Shown piece after piece: positions 1-12,326 of a stretch of DNA of 64,000 nucleotides. Below the pieces are notes generated by a model, which saw only the letters and a list, made by a program, of their open reading frames with translations, was not told where the DNA came from and made no database searches. This DNA comes from Balanoglossus misakiensis (lineage: Eukaryota; Animalia; Hemichordata). Positions within the stretch are counted from its first letter, which is position 1. Each line of letters starts with the position of its first letter. A program made the translations under genes and the position numbers. The DNA lies in NCBI GenBank assembly GCA_040954595.2, contig CM082592.2:3922735-3986734 (forward strand), written 5' to 3'.

Positions 1-675
1 GTTCGATTATCGGAATTAACACTCGCAGAAAATAATGACTGCTCATGTAAACTACTGTTGATCGACAAACCGTCTAATCTTAGGCCAACCCCTGGCTTGT
101 TTACCAGAAGTGAATAATCTATGTGGCGCACTGGCAAATGTGTGTAGAACGAGCGCCGTATTCGTAATAAGACTTTTCAATATAGCTAGAAAATACCGGT
201 GGCCTAGAATTTCTGCAAGATTTCGGGCGCGCCATTTTTATTTCCTTTGCCAGAGCACGCGTACAGGAAATGAAAGCGGTGATTTACAGTGTATTGAATA
301 ATATACATGAACGATGAAACGTTTTAATCATTACTTTGATATCAACAGGATTATTACCAGTCAGAAATATGTACATATCGGATTATTTTTTTTACATTCC
401 ACAAACTTTTTTGACATTCTATAATTATTGGCTGGAGACACGCTCTTTCGCTCGTCCAAGATACTAGCAGATCATAGTCACCCCGCAAACCGTCACTGTG
501 AGTATTATATGAAGCGTGGATTTCGCTGTCAACGTGTTCTGATTGGGTACTCCAAATTCTATAATCGCCCAATGTAAATGTGGTACTGGTACATATGAAG
601 ATGCATTGTTTTGCAAATTACCACAAACTGTATAGATATGTAAATGTTTCACGATGCTCGCTTACCCGTTCGTAA

Positions 676-1056
<381 letters not shown>

Positions 1057-1087
1057 GGCACCGTCCTTTTCTGGACCCAAACAAAAC

Positions 1088-1131
1088 GGCCCTTTTCAGG
1101 GCCACCACATCCTCCAAAAAGAGAACTACCG
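1088..1131 (+). promoter_or_regulatory. Histone 3' stem-loop plus histone downstream element (H4 copy 1)
   Basis: GGCCCT-TTTC-AGGGCC then ACCA and purine-rich CAAAAAGAGAACTACCG. Confidence 0.95.
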
Positions 1132-2056
1132 TAGAATAACACTTGTACATGTATTATTGTCGATGAATTTTATTCTTTCAGCTTTCATAGGTCGAATTTG
1201 ACAGACAACTGCAGTGCATTCCCAATGTTATATAACTGAAACACTAAAAGGTCAGATTTCGATGAAGTAACAAATCGTAGCAGGGTGTCAATTATTGTGC
1301 TAACGCTAGGAAAATGAAATTTTTATAATTGATGGCCTATGGCACAAGATGTATTTGCATACAACATATAGACCCTATACATGTATTGATTTACTGAACC
1401 AATCTAGCACTTTCCTACGTTTATAATTTCCGTAAACTCAATACAAGTACCGGTACCATTGACAATGATTATTTCAAAAATACCAACGCAGTTTTACGTC
1501 GATGATTTGGGATACTACATTCTCCTTTGAGAGAATGTGGTAGTACAACCGTTTTTCTTCAATATAGTAAATTCTTTTCATTTTTGTGCATGTTTCAGAG
1601 CGGATTGGACAGTTTTTTGAAAAGGGGGCGTGGCATGTTCATCTGTAATCCGAGCCAAGTAATCAGCATGCATCAGCTTCTGGTCATACTTTATGGAAAG
1701 TTTGTTATTTTTAGTTATTTTACAGTTATTGTAATTGTGTCACGAAAATTCTACTTGAACGTATTCAGAAACGAATTTGTCAAACACATAGCAACAGCAC
1801 TTAATACCAATGAATAATGGCAACACCCGCTATTGTTGGATCCTCAAAAAACTTCTGGAACGGCTCGACGATAATAATAATACTTTTCAGAACAGAAGAC
1901 GGCTATTGGAACCGAAATCTGACCTTGCAATGAGAGTTTGTCGGAAAAAAACGTTTGGAGGAATAGAGTGTCTCAGTAGATGTCTACATTACAATGCTAT
2001 GGGTCTTCAGGTACTTCCCCCCCCCCCCCCCCGGTCGTCCCGCAATGCAACGCGTT

Positions 2057-2311
2057 TTCCAAGATGGCGGTTGATACAGCCTTGCCCTAGTAAAGTAGGT
2101 CATTTTGAAACAGGACTATAATAAAACCGAACAAGCGCCTTTGTATACTCCATCTTCTTTGCGGTTGAAGGTTTACTGGTGTTTACCAGCAGAACCTGAA
2201 ATAAGCTATACACGTAGTTATTGTAGCACTCCATTTACCGCGGCAATCAGACAAGGTTCCTGACTTGACAACTTTGGTACAGTCATCTTAATTCTTATTG
2301 CATTGGTGCAG
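2057..2311 (+). other. Candidate non-coding first exon / promoter of the sulfotransferase gene
   Basis: YY1-like CAAGATGGCGG at about 2060 and a perfect donor CAG|GTAAGT at 2311/2312; the 5' start is a guess. Confidence 0.45.
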
Positions 2312-2644
2312 GTAAGTCGTTTACTTTCTATTGGCATCAAACTACGCGAGACTGTGTAATATTTCTTTACGTTGCATACCGTCTACTTGTATTTTGCCTA
2401 TAGTGGCTGTCCCTGTACAATTTATTGGATCCATCGCTACAATTCTGCAAGTTGAATAAACGTTCTTTATGTCATGACATCAATATGACGTTGGATAGAG
2501 GCTGCGGGGACGCCAAAAATTCCATCCAAAATCACCAATTCACACTCACATAAAGAATTTTAAGTACTGGTGGCTGGCTGTAACTAATTTACATTTTGAC
2601 CACCGGCGTTCACAGCTTGGGCGATGATAGACTCTCTCACAGCC

Positions 2645-3911
2645 GGTAACAGGTCACTTCGACCCCTGGCCATTTAGACCCCAGTGAGTCACTTCGATTC
2701 CCTATGTCTGATTATTTCATAGGTCTGAAACATCCCTTAGGAACGATATGCAACTTTTCGGGGAAAATTGCCTCAGAATAACAGTCACTTGACCGGTAAA
2801 TATGTGTCCCTGTAATGCGTACGATTCACGGTAAAGCTGCGAGAACTTGCGATTCGCTACTCAATCTCACGATTTCTTTGAATAAAGCTACCCTATATCT
2901 TTTGATTTACGGTTGGAGTGTCATTTTTTTAACTTCACACGCAAAAATCGCATGTGTAGTGTCTCACACCGGAGCCCTGGAAAACTGTGCAAATATTTAG
3001 CGCATCAAACGAACCTGATAACACATTCACGCCACTAAGTTTGTCTCCTTAGGCTGCATTCACAAACACCTCTGGAGGGGGGGGGGGCGGGAGAATTCAA
3101 TTTTTTTTACCGCTAATTTTCACATGCCCCCCTTCCGAACTGCCAATATTTTCAAATTCCCCCCTTCCGAACTGCCAAAATGTTGAAATCCCCCCCTCCT
3201 ATTTTCTTTCACAGAGCAAAACACATCACCTATCTATCTTGTAAAAAGAAAAACAGCGCTCCCATGAAAAGAATTTGAAACTGATGTTTCCCCTCATCAG
3301 TGGGTATTAAAACTGCACATTGTTTTTATTTTTTAAGTACATATATTTGTATTCTGTGTTAGGAGACATTGTAAACCGCGAATTGAAGGGGGTGGGTGTG
3401 GGAGGGGGTGTCCCCCTCCCACGTAAGACAATTTTATAAAATACAGAGCTCAAAGCTGCATTTTAATGAACCCGGCAAAAGCAAATTGACTCAACTACCG
3501 GTATGTTGGGGAGGACAAATTTAACCGTCGCCGCTCAAAGTTATCATGCGGTGGGGGCAAGTCCCCTGACCTGGGACACTAGATAAACCAGTCAATGATT
3601 GAAAGGTGTTGATGAATGGAGGGGGTGGGTGTGAAAATTTTGTAAAATAAAGGGCGCGAAACTGCATTTTTGTGGACTCAAAATAAATATTTAGTCGTTA
3701 AAGTTTTCAAGTCCCCCCCCCTTTCAGTCCCTAAATTATTTCAAATCCCCCCCTTACATACCCTCAATTTTTTCAAATCCCCCCCTCAATTCTCCTGCCC
3801 CCCCCTCCAGAGGTGTTTGTGAATGCAGCCTTACCGAATGAATTTATAGGGGTCGAAGTGACTTTAGGTGCTGGGGGTCGGAACGGCCAGGGGTCAAAGT
3901 GACTAGAAACC
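2645..3911. mobile_element. Non-autonomous DNA transposon with ~8-bp TSD (middle element, unclassified)
   Basis: Imperfect TIRs GGTAACAGGTCACTTCGACCCCTGGCC / GGCCAGGGGTCAAAGTGACTAGAAACC; TSD TCACAGCC / CCACAGCC. Confidence 0.75.
3052..3830. mobile_element. PIF/Harbinger-like MITE (inner element)
   Basis: TIR GGCTGCATTCACAAACACCTCTGGAGGGGG at both ends, TTA target duplication; a related short copy lies at 54021-54178. Confidence 0.88.
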
Positions 3912-4767
3912 CCACAGCCCACGGTTCGCTGCAAGGGTCACTGACGCGGTGTTGGTGTTGTGTAGCTAACCTCTCGGCGGGCACACATGCAATCAGTCCA
4001 TAAGCCTGCATGGACGACGAGAGGGGCTGTGAGAGAGTCTAGGGCGATGAACAATACTGTTTTGTAAGGACCCCACGCGGGCAGTGTTTTAAAATGATTC
4101 TGTATCTTGGTGAGTTAGGTGAGTTCACTTCGAGAATTCGAGGAGTGCGGTCGTTCCGCTGGTCCAGCCGGGACTGCAGGCTTGTCCTGTACGTCCACGG
4201 CTGGCCTTTCTAAATAAAGTCATCGGCGTTTAAATCTACACTCCGCACGTGTTCCCGTCTCTTCATCAACCATCATCACCCTCACCCGAGAACGTGTATT
4301 CCCCTCAATTGGGACACATGACATATGCATAAACATAATAAAGTTTCTGAGTATAAGATTTCCGTAGTACAAAAGAACCCAGTGACATGGTCTGAAGGAA
4401 AACCTACCTGGTACTGCCCACACTATCATTCCTTGTGACAGAGTTCACCTGTGGAGCTATTTGAATGCCAAATAAAAGCAAAGTGTCGATAGGTGAAGTT
4501 GTCTAGAATGTGAAATTTGTACGTCATGGGCTTTGCGAACCCCCAGATCCAAGACTGTTATTTAAAACCACAGGGCATTATTTAAAATTCGGTCAATCAT
4601 CGGATATTTTGTTTTCGACACTTAAACGGGATTGCGGTCAAACAGGCGCAAGCATATTAGATGGAGTACTTTGACGAGCCATCTTGCATTTCAGCAGAAT
4701 TCGCCAAACGTACTAGTCTAACGGGACGAATAAGAATAAGAAGAACTTCGTCGAAGGAATACGCAAT

Positions 4768-6180
4768 ATGGATATGAGGCACAAGCTGATGTCGACCGAG
4801 ACGCTGGAAGCTATGAAGACGTTCGATGTAAGGGATGATGACACTTGGTTGATCACGTATCCCAAATCAGGTATGGAAATGGGCCTAATGGTGTGGTATG
4901 GGGGCGGTACCGCATTGATGATAAAGAACGGTCGCCTAGTAATATTAAACTGGTTTTGTTATCAATGCAGAAAATGGGACAAATTCACAAGACAGTTGAC
5001 GGACCACGAAACTTTCAGGTGTGGCGTCTCCTGAAATAATAGTTTTGTTACATTTCCAACTGCATTAATAGTATCTACTTAGATATAGGCTATGTGTCTG
5101 GTATAGGCACTACACTTGTAAGTCGTAAAAGAAATGTCGGGTATATTGAAATGGTATATTACGCCTTCTTAGTCTAAATTATCGACGGTTAAAGGTGGAT
5201 GGTTGCTGGTATGTGCGTGTTTCACTTTGGAAACAATTACCAATGCGTATTACCAATTTTACCGACGGCCTTTTAAAAATATTCAATTCTATTGTCTTTC
5301 CCCTAGGGACAACGTGGACATCTGAAATCATGAATCGAATCCTGCAAGTCGGAAGAGACGAGTATATACCGACTGAGGAATACCTCTATATGTACCCAGA
5401 ATTCTCATTCCCGGATCGAAAACCGCTCAAAGAGGAATTTGACGGGAAGGCCTCTCCCCGTGTTTTTGTTACTCACCTACCCGGGGAGTACTTGCCCACC
5501 CAGTTATGTGATAAAAAGTCGAAGGCGAAGGTAAAGTTTGAAGGTGTCGTATGCTGTAATCGAACGAGATTTCATTTGTAGTAATCACGTCACCAACAAT
5601 GCTTTAACAGACAGTGAACAGGAAAATACACACTTGTTTGACGTATGATTTCTAACTGCGTCGCTCGTGGATAGATTTTATAAGTTCAAGGTTAATTTGC
5701 ATAATTGGTTCTTTCCATTATGAGTTCGTTCAACGAGTTCGTGGTGTGTGTTAATCAACAGGACATGACTAAAATTGACACTGACTTGAACTTTACGCTT
5801 TATTCGTCTTGGTGGGGGTGGTGGTGGCGTTCATTTACCTAATGGAGCAGCTTTGAACAAGCAAATGAAACAAAATGACATTCCCTTTCTTTATCGACGT
5901 TCAGATCATATACGTACTGCGAAATCCGAAGGACGTCGCGGTTTCTTATTTCTTCCACTATAAAGTGGATCCCAACTTGCAGACGTATTCGGAATGGTCC
6001 GCATTTTATGACGGCTTCATTAAAGGAGAAGGTTTGTTTTAGTGTCGTTCTATTATCGTCTGAATATAGCCTTATCGAAATGTTGTGTTGACGTAGTTGA
6101 AAATATACACTCAAAAATGTCAGAATATCGGTGCTGGTTTGCAGTGTTATCTTGTTATGTTTAATACAAGGGAGCTCGGC

Positions 6181-6231
<51 letters not shown>

Positions 6232-6600
6232 TAACACTGACCAGTATCAGGGAAAAACAGAATAAATCAGTAACATCGCCGTTACTAGTATTTCAAACCA
6301 TCGCCATACTTACATTAGGCATTAACTTCCCACCCCAACACCCCAATCTAATTTGACTTGAGTACATCTTTTTCGCAGTGGCATTTGGTAACTGGGCCGA
6401 TCACGCCATCGACTGGTGGAAGAGGCGCGACCAGGACAATGTTTTATTTCTAACTTACGAGAGAATGTCGAAGGTGGGTACTTTCTGAAATCCGGACTAG
6501 GCTGTGCCTTTCCAAACTTTTGTTATAAAGAGGTTGGAAGAGATTGTGTACAGGTATTATGCAATAACTTCTTCCTAAATCAGAGAGAAGTGACTGCGAT

Positions 6601-6688
<88 letters not shown>

Positions 6689-7496
6689 ACAACAACATCA
6701 ACAACAACATCAACATATTACTTATTTATTAGCCAAATGTCATTAAAACCCATGTTTGTACCATTTTATGATGGTTGCATCTCCATAGGACCCCAGAGAA
6801 AATGTGAAACGGATAACGACTTTTCTTGGGAAGCAGCTGAGCGAGGATATGATTAGTGAAATCGAAATATTATGCAGCTTCGAGAGTATGAAGAAACAAA
6901 ATGTTCACGAATTCATCGTTAAAAACCTATTTAAATCGGATATGAGTCAGAGTCCATTTGTCAGGAAAGGTAAGAGAAGCTTTCTTGGAGTCCTGAAGGG
7001 TCGTCTGAACTGCTCATGCGCGACTTTTTTTTTGTTCATAAACGCACCATTAGCATTGTTCACACTCTTTAGGGAGGCTCTGCAACAATACATGTTATAT
7101 ATCAAAGCAAATCTGAAATGTGATAAAAAGTAAAAGTCCATTGTTTGCTATTGCGTATACTGTGTAACAAAGTAACAACCACACTGTTTGCATTGGTGTA
7201 CAGTTAAAATCTGCGCATTGGACGACACCCAACCTTTGACATTTTGAGCTTAACGCTTTTTTGTGTGCAAACGATCACGGTCTACGGTGCACACAATTTC
7301 TGAACCGATGTGGTCTCATAACGCAGATGCCATATTCAATGTGTTGCTGATTTAGTATTCTTCCTGTTATTGTTTTAAAACAGGGAAAATCGCCAGTTGG
7401 AAAGAATTCTTCACTGTGGCACAAAACGAAGAGTTCGATCAGAGAGTGTACCCTCAGTGGATTGGTGACAGTGACATGGAAGTTGAATTTCAATAA
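4768..7496 (+). CDS. SULT: Cytosolic sulfotransferase (SULT1-like, Sulfotransfer_1 family), 6 coding exons, ~280 aa
   Basis: Exons 4768-4870, 5307-5530, 5905-6031, 6379-6473, 6789-6969, 7384-7496; all GT-AG; 843 nt in frame. Motifs: 5'-PSB loop TYPKSGTTW, catalytic THLP, 3'-PB IIYVLRNPKDVAVSYF, LFLTYE, FVRKG, dimerisation KEFFTVAQNE. Confidence 0.93.
6181..6229. repeat. (AGAC)n microsatellite
   Basis: About 12 perfect AGAC units in a SULT intron. Confidence 0.97.
6601..6716. repeat. (ATC)n/(AAC)n compound microsatellite
   Basis: About 29 ATC units followed by mixed AAC/ATC, intronic. Confidence 0.97.
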
Positions 7497-8009
7497 CTTG
7501 TCATCTTTATAAAGCCATTTAGCCACTACTGATAGATTTGCAAATAGTCTAATAATATAATGTACTGTGATTTTCAGTTTTCTACTTTATTAGCCTATGT
7601 TTTTTTTAAAAAGAGCCCTGCAATTCTCGTATTCACAAGCAATTTGAAAAAGTGTCAATGTAGTTTCTTAGAATTCAGTTTGTTTATACGGTGTTTCTTA
7701 TTATCTTGTAATCTCAAAATAGTTCGGATTGTGTATTATTTTTTGTGGCCTTGAAAGCAAGAAAGATCATTACGCATAGGGCCTGGGAGCTACAGCACTG
7801 AAAACTGAAGTAAATGATTGAATTCATTTTCCTAGCGTTAGTACATTAATTGACACCCTGCTACGATTTGTTACTTCATCGAAATCTGACATTTTAGTGT
7901 TTTAGTTATATAACATTGGGAATGCACTGCAGTTGTCTGTCAAATTCGACCTATGAAAGCTGAAAGAATAAAATTCATCGACAATAATACATGTACAAGT
8001 GTTATTCTA

Positions 8010-8053
8010 CGGTAGTTCTCTTTTTGGAGGATGTGGTGGCCCTGAAAAGGGCC
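8010..8053 (-). promoter_or_regulatory. Histone 3' stem-loop plus HDE (H4 copy 2)
   Basis: GGCCCTGAAAAGGGCC at 8038-8053 on + strand, same HDE block as copy 1. Confidence 0.95.
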
Positions 8054-8084
8054 GTTTTGTTTGGGTCCAGAAAAGGACGGTGCC

Positions 8085-8447
<363 letters not shown>

Positions 8448-9054
8448 TCACACCCAATATATAGCCGCATTACGAACGGGTAAGCGAACACTGCGAAACA
8501 GTTACATATGTATACAGTTTGTGGTAATTTGCAAAACAATGCATCTTCAAATGTACTAGTACCACATTTACATTGGGCGATTATAGAATTTGGAGTACCC
8601 AATCAGAACACGTTGCCAGCGAAATCCCACGCTTCATACAATACTCGTGGTGGAGTGTGTGGGTGACTATGATATACTAGTATCTTGGACGAGCGAAAGA
8701 GCGTGCCTCCAGCCAATAATTATAGAATGCCAAAAAAGTTTGTGGAATGTAAAAAATAATCCGATATGTATACATTTCTGACTGGTAAGAATCCTTTTGA
8801 TATCAAAGTACTGGTTAGAACGATTCATTATCCAAAGTATGTTTTCAGATTCATTCATGTATATTATTAAATACACTGTAAATCACCGCTTTCATTTCCT
8901 GTGCTCTGGTAAAGGAAATAAAAATGGCGCGCCCGAAATCTTGCAGAAATTCTATGCCGCCGGTATTTTCTATCTATATTGAAAAGTCTTGTTACGAATA
9001 CGGCGCTCGTTCTACTGTCCATGGTTCTACCCACATTTGCCAGTGCGCCACATA

Positions 9055-10200
9055 AGTGCCTTTCTCACGTGCCGTCAACGCCGCCCCAGCGGCGGTGCTA
9101 GGGCGGCGTTAATTTGTAAGTGCCACGTGTGAAAAGGTGAGAGCAGCCCTGCGCCGCTCTTTTTTTGTGACGGTGTTGAGGGGTGGGACCTGGGTCGGGG
9201 CGCCGCACTAAACAGCGATTCAAATCACGTGTGAACAGAAACACCGCACTAAACGCCGATCTAAACGCACTCTGCCGACGCGGTTTGAGGGGATACAAGT
9301 GGCAGTTTCTAATGAGCTTGCATGTAAAATTACCCCTCTGAAAAGAGCGATGTTTAGCACCTTGCTTAGTCAACGGTCAATTTGCCTTGTTGCTGATGGT
9401 CATCAGTAAAATGAGGAGCCCCAAAACCTACAGGCAAAGCCTTGAGGTAGTCGGAACTTACTGCAGCTGGGGCTCTGCTGAAAAAATTGAGACGCCCAGT
9501 GGAAGTGGTAGTGAAACTTGTATCAAAGTTCATGGTGATAATTGCTAGGCAACTAGGTCTTGCCATTGTCTGGCTAAAAATACATCCCTGTGCGTGAATA
9601 AATTAAAAACGTCTTTGTCCCAAGGGACCAACTCAAAGCGTTCCCACATCCTGGTATGCTTTTACTACTAGCATGGAGTCATGCTACTAGTATATTACGC
9701 ACTGGTTTCAAAGCTGTAAGACTCACAGGCGGTACCGTAGAAGCGCTTATACTTATAGGATGACTGTACAAAAACTGGAAAAGTGTGGATTTTCTCGGAT
9801 CTTCCATTTATTTGATGTGGAACAACAAATGGGACAAGTGGCGAAATGTGTCCTTGATTTTCAATCGCACCATGAAGCCTATTTGAACCTAATTTGCATA
9901 AATGTCCGAGGGGGTCGTTCTGGCACTTTGACTCATTTTTACCCCCATTGTTTCATCTTTTTGTAAAGAATAATTATTTTTTCCTGGTCGAACCGAAGGA
10001 TAGATTACGGTATACGCTGTTTGGGTATAAGTCCAGAGCTACATATACAGTAAACACATCACTGAATCCGCCATTGTGACCTTTAGCCACTCTGCTGTGG
10101 ACGCATTGAGTGCGGTGATCCCGTCCCTTTTATACACATGTGAATGCAAAACTATTTGAGTCGCTGATAAGAAATGTTTGCCAACTTTTATAATCCCGAA
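9055..10200. mobile_element. Foreign segment at the duplication junction, probably a truncated DNA transposon (PIF/Harbinger-like left end)
   Basis: Begins exactly where H4 promoter homology stops; GC-rich start GTGCCTTTCTCACGTG with inverted subterminal repeats CACGTGTGAAAAGG and CACGTGTGAACAG; no clear right TIR. Confidence 0.45.
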
Positions 10201-10491
10201 AGGAAAGGTAAGAGAAGCTTTCTTGGAGTCCTGAAGGGTCGTCTGAACTGCTCATGCGCGACTTTTTTTTTGTTCATAAACGCACCATTAGCATTGTTCA
10301 CACTCTTTAGGGAGGCTCTGCAACAATACATGTTATATATCAAAGCAAATCTGAAATGTGATAAAAAGTAAAAGTCCATTGTTTGCTATTGCGTATACTG
10401 TGTAACAAAGTAACAACCACACTGTTTGCATTGGTGTACAGTTAAAATCTGCGCATTGGACGACACCCAACCTTTGACATTTTGAGCTTAA

Positions 10492-11109
10492 AGGGGAAAT
10501 CCGCTGTAGCTGATTTCTACATAATTTGGTAGCTTTGATGTCTCTCTTTCAGAAAAAAACATATTCGCCATGTATAGGTCGCGCGATTTTTTACAAAATC
10601 TAGGGAAAGTTGGCAGAATTTCCAATATGGCGTTTACTGTAATTTGAATCATGGGAAAAAAGCGCCAGGACCAACTTCCGCCCACCTTGGTGTGGGTGAT
10701 ACCATTTTCCGATTGGTGTCACTGTGTCACAAGCTAAGCGTATTTGCATATTTTTCATGGGTTATAGCTCATGAAAACTGTCAATAGATGACAAATTTTC
10801 GACTTTGCTGATGATTGTTTATCAACTGATGCAAAGAACAAACAATAGCTATGAAAATACGCCTAGTCTGTCGCCCAGTGACACCAATCGGAGAATGGTA
10901 TCACCCACACCATGGTGGGCGGAAGTTGCTCCTGGCGCTTTTTTTCCCATGATTCAAATTACAGTAAACGCCATATTGGAAATTCTGCCAACTTTCCCTA
11001 GATTTTGTAAAAAATCGCGCGACCTATACATGGCGAATATGTTTTTTTCTGAAAGAGAGACATCAAAGCTACCAAATTATGTAGAAATCAGCTACAGCGG
11101 ATTTCCCCT
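10492..11109. mobile_element. Palindromic MITE, TTAA target, AGGGG termini (Kolobok/T2-MITE-like)
   Basis: Over 200-bp near-perfect inverted arms AGGGGAAATCCGCTGTAGCTG...; flanks TTAA / TTCA; the paralogous empty site GAGC-TTAA-CGC is at about 7250. Confidence 0.92.
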
Positions 11110-11243
11110 TTCACGCTTTTTTGTGTGCAAACGATCACGGTCTACGGTGCACACAATTTCTGAACCGATGTGGTCTCATAACGCAGATGCCATATTCAAT
11201 GTGTTGCTGATTTAGTATTGTTCCCGTTTTTTTTTTAAAACAG

Positions 11244-11356
11244 GGAAAATCGCCAGCTGGAAAGAATTCTTCACTGTGGCACAAAACGAAGAGTTCGATC
11301 AGAGAGTGTACCCTCAGTGGATTGGTGACAGTGACATGGAAGTTGAATTTCAATAA
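11244..11356 (+). pseudogene. Orphan duplicate of the SULT terminal exon
   Basis: Encodes (G)KIASWKEFFTVAQNEEFDQRVYPQWIGDSDMEVEFQ* with an intact acceptor; one synonymous change (AGT/AGC) seen versus 7384-7496; upstream exons are not duplicated. Confidence 0.85.
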
Positions 11357-11870
11357 CTTGTCATCTTTATAAAGCCATTTAGCCACTACTGATAGATTTG
11401 CAAATATTCTGATAATATAATGTACTGTGATTTTCAGTGTTCTACTTTATTAGCCTATGTTTTTTTTAAAAAGAGCCCTGCAATTCTCGTATTCACAAGC
11501 AATTTGAAAAAGTGTCAATGTAGTTTCTTAGAATTCAGTTTGTTTATACGGTGTTTCTTATTATCTTGTAATCTCAAAATAGTTCGGATTGTGTATTATT
11601 TTTTGTGGCCTTGGAAAAGCAAGAAAGATCATTACGCATAGGGCCTGGGAGCTACAGCACTGAAAACTGAAGTAAATGATTGAATTCATTTTCCTAGCGT
11701 TAGTACATTAATTGACACCCTGCTACGATTTGTTACTTCATCGAAATCTGACCTTTTAGTGTTTTAGTTATATAACATTGGGAATGCACTCAATTGTCTG
11801 TCAAATTCGACCTATGAAAGCTGAAAGAATAAAATTCATCGACAATAATACATGTACAAGTGTTATTCTA

Positions 11871-11914
11871 CGGTAGTTCTCTTTTTGGAGGATGTGGTGG
11901 CCCTGAAAAGGGCC
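11871..11914 (-). promoter_or_regulatory. Histone 3' stem-loop plus HDE (H4 copy 3)
   Basis: GGCCCTGAAAAGGGCC at 11899-11914. Confidence 0.95.
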
Positions 11915-11945
11915 GTTTTGTTTGGGTCCAGAAAAGGACGGTGCC

Positions 11946-12326
<381 letters not shown>

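Larger units (their letters stand above)
2628..4041. mobile_element. Non-autonomous DNA transposon with 9-bp TSD (outer element; AcademH- or Mutator-like)
   Basis: TIR TAGACTCTCTCACAGCC...GGCTGTGAGAGAGTCTA flanked by perfect direct repeat GGGCGATGA (2619-2627, 4042-4050). Confidence 0.85.

Noticed and set aside
6416-6856. Poly-Ser and poly-Met ORFs
   Set aside because: Translation of an intronic (ATC)n microsatellite
10488-11215. Identical peptides on both strands (FFPMIQITVNAILEILP...)
   Set aside because: Artefact of the palindromic MITE
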